Assembly (NCBI GenBank): GCA_963809535.1 | Contig: CAWEJW010000001.1 | Span: forward strand, 617,354 to 681,353 | DNA: 64,000 nt | Source of the DNA: an uncultured Actinomycetes bacterium | GTDB taxonomy: Bacteria > Actinomycetota > Coriobacteriia > Anaerosomatales > CAVRZR01 | Reading direction: 5' to 3' | Part shown: positions 31,616 through 38,264 of the stretch, piece by piece | How the letters are laid out: the number at the start of each line of letters is the position of its first letter | Numbering within the stretch: the stretch's first letter is position 1 | The notes under the pieces: model-generated | Database searches by the model: none | Seen by the model: the letters and a program-made list of their open reading frames with translations, nothing else | What the model was told of the DNA's origin: nothing | Made by a program: the position numbers and the translations under genes

Positions 31616-31825
31616 CCGACGTAGCGGCGAACCGCGGGCAACGGGGTTCGCCTCCCGAAGGTTGAGCGGGGGAACCAGATCGCTCGGGGGAGCAGTAAGG
31701 TTCCCGAACCCTGCCAAGCCACGGTTGGGTCTCTCGGTCTTGGGGCCGGCATCCTGTCACGGATGGGAGGTGCTGATAGCGGGGAAGTGACAGCAGATGA
31801 TCTTGCGATCAAGGAGAAGAAGACA
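31616..31825 (+). promoter_or_regulatory. ~200-nt structured 5' leader of the hexahaem cytochrome gene (class unknown)
   Basis: Stems are GGCGAACC(31626-33)/GGTTCGCC(31645-52), GAGCG/CGCTC and GGGAACC/GGTTCCC (mutually nested or pseudoknotted), and CTGTCAC(31754-60)/GTGACAG(31786-92) just before AAGGAG. Confidence 0.3.
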
Positions 31826-33307
31826 ATGAAGAAGGTTCTTATCGTTGTGGCGCTTGCAGTGGCGTTGACCTTTGCGATAACCGTCGTTGCATTCGCCGAT
31901 CACTCGCCGTCGTTCTACATCCAGTGGAACGAAGAGGGCGGCTTTGAAGGTGCGAACGCGTTCGTCACGAGCCCGCACGCCGGGTACGTCGAGGGCACAC
32001 AGAAGTGCGGCGTGTGCCACGCCGTCCACCGTGCAGCGGTTCAAGGTCTGGGTTGGGAGCCAGGCGGTCAGCTCTATCCTGCCGAGATCGGCGGAGAGAA
32101 CAGGGCCGCGCGGCTGCAGTACAGCGCACCGTTCTTGGGCGAAACACAGATGCTGCTGCAGACTCCCGTCTCGGGAAATTGTGACTACTGCCACATCACG
32201 ACCTCGATCGGCGCGATCCAGATCTATGCAGGTAAGGTCAAGTATCGCCTCGAGGCCAACGACGCTAATGGTGGCTCGAACTGGGAAGGTGGGTTCGCCC
32301 ACAACAACGCATGCACGGCGTGCCACGCGGTGCATGGTGCGTTCGCCAACCCGTTCGTCGCTGCTCCGACCGCAGCCGACAACGTCGTGTTCCAGGGCCC
32401 CTTGGCCGCCAAGGTCGTGAAGGGTTACGCCAAGAACAAGAGCACGACATGGCAGCGCGAGATCTACCTTGCCGGCACGAACTACGAGTCGAGCCTGTTC
32501 CCCGGCGTCCAGCCGGTCGTATCCTCAGCGGTCGACCCGCTGAACACGCCGCTCTTCGCGTCGAAGGCTGACGCGCTGGCGGGCACGAACGCTCGGGTCG
32601 GTGCTGATGTTGCCGACGCGCAGGTCAGCGCGCACTGCACGTTCTGCCACGAGAACTACGGCTACGCTGCAGAGGCCATGAACAACAGGGAGTTCTTCGG
32701 CAAGACGGTCGCCGAGGTTGCAGCGATCACCGGCACGAACAACCAACTGGAGTCCTACAAGCAGGGCGCGGGCCTCTTCCAGGGTCAGTGGAACATCAGG
32801 CTGGTTGCTGACGGCCCGCAGATCAGCGCACGCAACGCCTACAGCACGACGCCTACCGGCGGTACTGCTCCGTGGCTTGGCCCGGGCTTTGATGGGCACG
32901 TCGCCGTCAAGAACCACCCGATGAAGAGGGCCGTCACCACTGGCTGGTCCTCGGCTGGTGGCGCCGCTATCGCCCAGGTCGCATTCAAGGGCTCGGATAC
33001 GTGCCGTTCCTGTCACGACGCAGGTGTCGAGGGCGCTGGTGGAGTCATCATCCAGTCGTTCCCGCACTTCACGCCTGGCTACTTCAAGTTCCTGATTTCC
33101 GCGGACAATCTGGGCGCGGAGATGATGAACATCAACGCGATCCTCAAGGCGAACCCCAGGGCAATGACCCAGGGGGTTCTCGACACGGTCTGGGCAACGC
33201 TGGACGACCCGGCTGTCCAGGAAGCTGCTGAGTGCACGTCTGACGGTGCCTGCCTGAAGTGCCACATCAACGCTGACAAGAGCGCTGGTATTGGCCTTAC
33301 GTTCTAG
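31826..33307 (+). CDS. secreted hexahaem c-type cytochrome (493 aa)
   Basis: AAGGAG sits 9 nt upstream. Sec signal MKKVLIVVALAVALTFAITVVAFA/DH. Six CxxCH motifs: CGVCH, CDYCH, CTACH, CTFCH, CRSCH, CLKCH. Confidence 0.85.
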   Translation: MKKVLIVVALAVALTFAITVVAFADHSPSFYIQWNEEGGFEGANAFVTSPHAGYVEGTQKCGVCHAVHRAAVQGLGWEPGGQLYPAEIGGENRAARLQYSAPFLGETQMLLQTPVSGNCDYCHITTSIGAIQIYAGKVKYRLEANDANGGSNWEGGFAHNNACTACHAVHGAFANPFVAAPTAADNVVFQGPLAAKVVKGYAKNKSTTWQREIYLAGTNYESSLFPGVQPVVSSAVDPLNTPLFASKADALAGTNARVGADVADAQVSAHCTFCHENYGYAAEAMNNREFFGKTVAEVAAITGTNNQLESYKQGAGLFQGQWNIRLVADGPQISARNAYSTTPTGGTAPWLGPGFDGHVAVKNHPMKRAVTTGWSSAGGAAIAQVAFKGSDTCRSCHDAGVEGAGGVIIQSFPHFTPGYFKFLISADNLGAEMMNINAILKANPRAMTQGVLDTVWATLDDPAVQEAAECTSDGACLKCHINADKSAGIGLTF

Positions 33308-33346
33308 GCTTGACACTACAGACTGCTACTGACGCAGTCGAAGACA

Positions 33347-33373
33347 GGGTGGCCCTCCTTCGGGGGGGCCACC
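33347..33373 (+). terminator. hairpin after the hexahaem gene (partial terminator or stabiliser)
   Basis: GGGTGGCCC-loop-GGGCCACC followed by TTGCGTCTGTGTG. Confidence 0.5.
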
Positions 33374-33439
33374 TTGCGTCTGTGTGCGGCGCATGGGTCC
33401 TCCCATGTCGCGCTGGGTACCGTGATAGGATTCTTGAGG

Positions 33440-34444
33440 ATGACTTCCGGAATGGTGCCGAGGTCGATGGAACCGCAGGACGCAAAGCCAATGTCACGCA
33501 GACGGCGGGGAATCATCCTGGGCGTCGCCGGGGCTGTTCTGGTGTTGCTCGTTCTAGGGGCGGCCGCCTCGTCCCTTCCGTCCGGCTGCTCTTCTGTCTG
33601 TCACCGCGCCCAAGCCAAGACCCTCGCTTCGAGCGATCACAGCAATGTGTCCTGCTACCGTTGCCACCTGGCGCGCGGCGCCTGGAGCTACCCCGGCTTC
33701 ATTGGATCGATCCTGTTTCGCATGAATACTCGTGCGCTCACAGGCTCGGGCTACCACACTGCGGCCGTTCAAACTTCTCGGAGCGCGTGCATCCAGTGTC
33801 ATGAGGGGACATTCGAGCGGACGAGCCAATCCGGCGGGATCCGCATCAAGCACTCGAGCTGCGCACCCGGCCCCACGTGCGACCCATGCCATGCGGCCGT
33901 CGCTCACGGCTCGGCAGTGCGCTGGGACGGCACGTACTCGATGGATGACTGCGTTGCGTGCCACAGGGCGCAGACGGCTCCCACGGCGTGCGACACGTGC
34001 CATACCCAGAAGGCGCGGGCCGCTCGCACGCGCGGGGCGTGGCAGGTCACCCACGGCCCGAACTGGGAGAAGACGCACGGCCTGGGAGATCTGGATACCT
34101 GCAGCACCTGTCACGGTGAGGGGTTCTGCGAGAGGTGCCACAAGGCCCCTGTGCCCCATCCTGAGGACTGGGGCGGCACCCACGGGCAGTACGCGATCGA
34201 GGACCGAGCTTCGTGTGAGACCTGCCACTCCTCCAGCGCCTGGTGCGCCTCCTGCCATGGGACGCAGATGCCTCACCCGAGCGGATTCCTGCAAGAACAC
34301 AGCTCGATCGCCAGCGGCCTGGTCGATCCGGAGTGCACACACTGTCACGACGAGAGCGACTGCGCCACCTGCCACACCTACCACGTGCATCCGGGCGGTG
34401 CCTCTGGTGTCCCCGTGCTCCCAACCGCTACCGATGCCCGATGA
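33440..34444 (+). CDS. membrane-anchored multihaem c-type cytochrome (11 CxxCH + 1 CX3CH), NapC/NirT-like topology
   Basis: An N-terminal RRRR-TM helix (GIILGVAGAVLVLLVLGAAA) is followed at once by CSSVCH. Paired motifs such as CSTCHGEGFCERCH, CETCHSSSAWCASCH and CTHCHDESDCATCH follow. Start ambiguous, 33440-33491. Confidence 0.85.
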   Translation: MTSGMVPRSMEPQDAKPMSRRRRGIILGVAGAVLVLLVLGAAASSLPSGCSSVCHRAQAKTLASSDHSNVSCYRCHLARGAWSYPGFIGSILFRMNTRALTGSGYHTAAVQTSRSACIQCHEGTFERTSQSGGIRIKHSSCAPGPTCDPCHAAVAHGSAVRWDGTYSMDDCVACHRAQTAPTACDTCHTQKARAARTRGAWQVTHGPNWEKTHGLGDLDTCSTCHGEGFCERCHKAPVPHPEDWGGTHGQYAIEDRASCETCHSSSAWCASCHGTQMPHPSGFLQEHSSIASGLVDPECTHCHDESDCATCHTYHVHPGGASGVPVLPTATDAR

Positions 34445-35730
34445 CCGCCCTAGGGCCTGCATCCTCACTCCGGTTATTCGGTCTCACAGTGGGAGGCCTG
34501 GACTTCAATGGTGCCTACAATTCCTTCCTGAAGGCCCTGCGCGAGCCATCGGCGGATCCGACGTTGACGCTGCTCTTTGTTGCGGCTGCGGCGCTACTCG
34601 TCCTGCTCATCGCGTTGGCAGTCGCCATGGTGGCGACGCCGTCTCGCAAGCGGGTCGTGAAGGTCCGCCGATACCGCGGGTCGCCCGAGGAGATCGCGGC
34701 TGCCCGTGCCGCGGTTGCTGCGCGAGCCGCTTCGGCGGCCGATGAAGGCGACCGCGAGGAGAGCCCGGCGAAGCCCGAAAAGGGAGGACCTCGACCGTTC
34801 TGGTCCAGGCCTACGTTCTTCATCGTCGTTGGCGTCGTGATCCTGGCACTGGCCGCCTATGGTGCCACGTCCACCAACGCCTACTGCGCCCGCACGTGTC
34901 ACGGCGGCACGCCCGCGGTGCGTTCGGCGACCAAGGTCGGACATGCCCCGTGCACCTCGTGTCATGAGGACAACGCGATCACCGGGGTCTTCGACAACAC
35001 CGTGGCTCGCGCCGCGATGCTGGCGGGCCAGGCCGCAGGCCGCAGTCCAGATACCCCGAATGTCGCCGCCGAATCGGCGGCTTGCCTGCACTGTCACGAA
35101 GCGGTGAAGACGGGCATCGTCGAGTCGTCGTCCGGGGTCAAGATGTCCCACGCCGAACCTCTGAAAGCCGGGCAGCCCTGCACCAGTTGCCACCCGGACA
35201 CAGGTCACGTGAGTGCGGGATACACCATGGGCATGCCTCCGTGCCTTCCGTGCCACGATGGCAAGACGGCGCCGATCACGTGCAGTCTGTGCCATCGAGG
35301 GGACCCCATGAGTCCAGTCGTGGCCGCTGCCTCAAACGAGGCGTCGGGCGGAGTGAGCTACCCGGCGGTCCGGGCGGCAAACCATGAATGCGGGGGCTGC
35401 CACGATCAAGAGCAGACGTGCGATCCCTGTCACGGCATCCGGATGCCCCATAGCCAGACGTTCATCGAGGGCGGCCATGCGAGATACGCCGCGTGGAACA
35501 ATAAGCAGACCTACTGCTCGCGCTGCCACCAACTTTCCACCTGTGCGGGGAAGTGCCACACGTCGTTCAACGGGCCGACGGGGCACAGCGCTGATTGGGA
35601 GGTCATGCACCAGGACTCTCCATGGGATTCGGGGTGCCCCTGCCACAGCGCGAGAAGCCCGCGTGCCGGCCCGCTGTGCTACCGGTGTCACGATCCGAAG
35701 ACGAAAGAGCTGCTCCCCCTGAGACCCTGA
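34441..35730 (+). CDS. membrane-anchored multihaem c-type cytochrome, paralog of the preceding gene (9 CxxCH + 2 CX3CH + 1 degenerate CPCH)
   Basis: ATGA overlap with the upstream stop. Two TM helices, the second followed at once by CARTCH. Collinear with the upstream paralog (MPPCLPCHDGKTAPITCSLCH versus MDDCVACHRAQTAPTACDTCH). Confidence 0.85.
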   Translation: MTALGPASSLRLFGLTVGGLDFNGAYNSFLKALREPSADPTLTLLFVAAAALLVLLIALAVAMVATPSRKRVVKVRRYRGSPEEIAAARAAVAARAASAADEGDREESPAKPEKGGPRPFWSRPTFFIVVGVVILALAAYGATSTNAYCARTCHGGTPAVRSATKVGHAPCTSCHEDNAITGVFDNTVARAAMLAGQAAGRSPDTPNVAAESAACLHCHEAVKTGIVESSSGVKMSHAEPLKAGQPCTSCHPDTGHVSAGYTMGMPPCLPCHDGKTAPITCSLCHRGDPMSPVVAAASNEASGGVSYPAVRAANHECGGCHDQEQTCDPCHGIRMPHSQTFIEGGHARYAAWNNKQTYCSRCHQLSTCAGKCHTSFNGPTGHSADWEVMHQDSPWDSGCPCHSARSPRAGPLCYRCHDPKTKELLPLRP

Positions 35731-35764
35731 GGCATCGACAGGCGCTTTGTGCCGCGACCACAGC

Positions 35765-35794
35765 GGCCCGCCGAATCGCTCTCCAGGGCGGGCC
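35765..35794 (+). terminator. possible terminator hairpin after the cytochrome operon
   Basis: GGCCCGCC-14 nt-GGCGGGCC followed by TTGCTGCATCTTC. The loop is long and the T tract weak. Confidence 0.3.
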
Positions 35795-36010
35795 TTGCTG
35801 CATCTTCGGGACGGATCACTTCAGCGGTGCCGCGAAGGTGCCGATACTCTGGCACGGACGGACATGTGGCTAACCCCGGTCCTCTTCTCCTGCCGGGGCT
35901 GCCGACCGCAGCGACCCTCGCCTGTTACGGGGGTCGTTCTGCGTCCTAGGGGCGCGGGGCCCAGGGAGGTCGAGCGTGCTGCCGACCAGATGCGCCCATC
36001 TGCGGACGCG

Positions 36011-37099
36011 TCATTTGCTTTCGGGGATACGCAGGATCTGGATCCGGTTGTTCGTCGTGTCCGCTACGGCAAACCAGTCGCGTTCCTTGTCATAAGCGAT
36101 GCCCGTTGGGTTGTTGAACAGGCCGTCTGTCGCGCCGTAGTCGCCGTACATGGCCGACGTCTGGTCGTGCTCCTTTGCCACTTTGCCGGTTTTGGCATCC
36201 AGCACGATGATCTTGAACTTGAACGCGTCGACAAGCACGATCCTGCCCTTGGCATCCATCGTCATCCCTGTGGGCATCTCGAAGGGATTCTTCGGGTCGG
36301 GTGTGCGCCGAATGTCGACTGTCGAGGAATCCTCGCGATTGGGAGCCGTGCCGGATATCCAGAGCAGGCGGCCGTCTTCTGAGTACGCCTTCACGCGTCG
36401 GTTCTGAGTGTCGGAGACATAGAGGGTGCCATCCGGACCGAGAAGGATCCCGTGCACCACGTCGAACTGCTCCTTGTCGGTCCCGCGGGTGCCGCCAAGC
36501 TGCATCAAGATCTGGTCGTCAGGCGTGAACACCGCGATGCCCTTGGTACTGCCGACGGCGATCTTGCCGTCACGAACGTCGACGACATTCGGCAGCTCCA
36601 CCCGCCATTTGGTCACGAACGTCCCGTCTGGACGGAACTCAAGAACCTGCCCGCCGAAGTCGGCGGTCCATAGATTGCCGTCCTCGTCCACCGAGATCCC
36701 CTCGAGTGAAACGATGCCCTTGGGTTCGATGACCCGCTTGACCGTGCCATTGGGATTGAACCCGACGATGTGGGAGTGTCCAGAGATCGCCCAGATCGTG
36801 CCATCGGGGCCAATGGCGACGTCGGTGGGTGCTTCGAGTTGCTGGTCAGCTTGGGTGCCCCACCCGTAGAGCGACCTGACCCACGTGACTCCGGATGGCA
36901 GCTCGGCCTTCGTCGGAGCTGCTGAGGGACGGGTCAATCTGAGCACGCCGTACGCCACGACGGCGAGAAGCAGCACGAGTACCCCAAGGATAACGGCGAG
37001 CACTCGGCGCTGTCGTCGATTGTCGACGTACTCGACGACGGTTTCGGCGTATTCCCCAGGCTCTTGGATTCCGGGCGTTGTCTCGGGCGTCTCGCTCAT
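36011..37099 (-). CDS. membrane-anchored NHL-repeat beta-propeller protein
   Basis: GGAGGA SD and an N-terminal TM helix (VLAVILGVLVLLLAVVAYGVL). Repeated blades follow: P.GIA..DG.I.V.D..N.RV, e.g. GPDGTLYVSDTQNRRVKAY and FNNPTGIAYDKERDWFAVADTTNNRIQIL. Confidence 0.8.
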   Translation of the reverse strand: MSETPETTPGIQEPGEYAETVVEYVDNRRQRRVLAVILGVLVLLLAVVAYGVLRLTRPSAAPTKAELPSGVTWVRSLYGWGTQADQQLEAPTDVAIGPDGTIWAISGHSHIVGFNPNGTVKRVIEPKGIVSLEGISVDEDGNLWTADFGGQVLEFRPDGTFVTKWRVELPNVVDVRDGKIAVGSTKGIAVFTPDDQILMQLGGTRGTDKEQFDVVHGILLGPDGTLYVSDTQNRRVKAYSEDGRLLWISGTAPNREDSSTVDIRRTPDPKNPFEMPTGMTMDAKGRIVLVDAFKFKIIVLDAKTGKVAKEHDQTSAMYGDYGATDGLFNNPTGIAYDKERDWFAVADTTNNRIQILRIPESK

Positions 37100-37130
37100 G
37101 AGTCAGTCCTCCAGGCGCGGCTGGCGCAGT

Positions 37131-37907
37131 CTACTTGTCCGTGGCTTCGGCCTTCTTGAGGCCTTCTGTGGCGGAGGCGTCGTCAGGCAGGAACTGCAGC
37201 GCGTACTTGAAATCCTTGGCGGCTGAAGTCTTGTCGCCGGCACCCAACTCGGCCCATCCCCGCAATACGATGATATCGGCCGCCTGCTCGTCCAGCGCCA
37301 GTGCCGCATTGAAGGATTGGATCGCTTCCTTGTACTTCTTCAGGTTCTGCTGTGCAGTGCCTCGCAGCACGAGCAGCCTGATGGTCGTACTGTTGTTCTG
37401 CGCCTCGTCGGGGACACGAATCCCCTTCTGGAGGTTCGCGTTGAACTCCTCTTTCAGCAACGCCTCGTCCTTCAAGAGGTATGCCTGGGAGCGCGCCAAA
37501 GCCTCCGCGTTCCTTCCTTCGAGGATGAGGAGGTGGAGGTCGACGTTGTTGACCTCACGGATGGTCTTGTCGGTGACTTGCGTGCGAGCGCGCACCAGGG
37601 CTTCCTGCGCGCCTTCCTTGTCGCCAACGGCGTACAACGCCTCGGCGTAGTCAGCCCACGCCTGCCCATTGCCAGGGTTCGCTTTGACAGCCGACTCGTT
37701 GGCGGCTCGCACCGACTCAGCCCAGGTACGCGGCGTGGAGCGGAAGAACACCCCCGTCAACAGAGCGTACGCAAGCACGGCCACGATCAGGCAGCCGACG
37801 CCGATGGACGCCCAGAGCAGTATGCGGGATACCCGATCTGGCGAAGACTCGAGAGGTTCTTCCACGTACTCAGGCGTCTCAGAGAATGGCGAGCCACTCA
37901 TTTGCAC
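37131..37907 (-). CDS. membrane-anchored TPR-repeat protein
   Basis: One TM helix (ILLWASIGVGCLIVAVLAYALL), then TPR-like helical repeats (AWADYAEALYAVGDKEGAQEAL; YKEAIQSFNAALALDEQ; AAKDFKYALQFLPDD). Upstream of and co-oriented with the NHL gene. Start is GTG 37907 or ATG 37901. Confidence 0.75.
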   Translation of the reverse strand: MQMSGSPFSETPEYVEEPLESSPDRVSRILLWASIGVGCLIVAVLAYALLTGVFFRSTPRTWAESVRAANESAVKANPGNGQAWADYAEALYAVGDKEGAQEALVRARTQVTDKTIREVNNVDLHLLILEGRNAEALARSQAYLLKDEALLKEEFNANLQKGIRVPDEAQNNSTTIRLLVLRGTAQQNLKKYKEAIQSFNAALALDEQAADIIVLRGWAELGAGDKTSAAKDFKYALQFLPDDASATEGLKKAEATDK

Positions 37908-38153
37908 GACCTCACTTCCCGACGCCTGCCTGCGAGCAGCCGGGCCCCCTGGGTCAGCGGCGTTCCTTCAAGTTCGACGCCTGCCCACTACGTCCTGCCG
38001 TTGTGCCCGGGCCGTCCAGTGCTTTGCGACTCCCGTGCCAGCAACAACGATACTCCCAAAGGCCGTTGGCGGGCATGATATCCATAGAAACTCCTTGGAC
38101 CGGTCTCGCCTGCGTCTTCGGGGGTCTCACATGTTGCTGACCAGCAGAATTGG

Positions 38154-38183
38154 TTGTGGGAAAGGGCGTGGACGCTCTATAAT
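38154..38183 (+). promoter_or_regulatory. candidate promoter of the large cytochrome gene (-35 TTGTGG, 18 nt, -10 TATAAT)
   Basis: TTGTGG at 38154-59 and TATAAT at 38178-83, in the 357-bp divergent region between the TPR and cytochrome genes. Confidence 0.4.
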
Positions 38184-38264
38184 GCGTGCTGAGCATCTTG
38201 GGGGGCCACGGGCGCTCTGGGGTTCCTGCACGAGTGTGACAACTGCAATTGCGAGGGTCGCCTG

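Noticed and set aside
31763-31825. In-frame upstream ATG that would extend the hexahaem protein by 21 aa
   Set aside because: The extension (MGGADSGEVTADDLAIKEKKT) would sit in front of an otherwise perfect signal peptide. The strong AAGGAG SD serves ATG 31826 instead.
31616-31825. Attempt to assign the leader to a known riboswitch class (cobalamin, c-di-GMP, Moco and others)
   Set aside because: I could not find the conserved core sequences I remember for these classes, so only generic stems are reported. A covariance-model scan is needed.
33732-34745. 337-aa alternative-frame ORF across the two anchored cytochrome genes
   Set aside because: The product is Arg/Ala/Pro-rich with no CxxCH motifs. 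The cytochrome frames explain the region and are mutually homologous.
35747-36382. 211-aa plus-strand ORF after the cytochrome operon
   Set aside because: Most of it is antisense to the 3' end of the NHL-repeat gene. It has no SD and a shadow-like composition.
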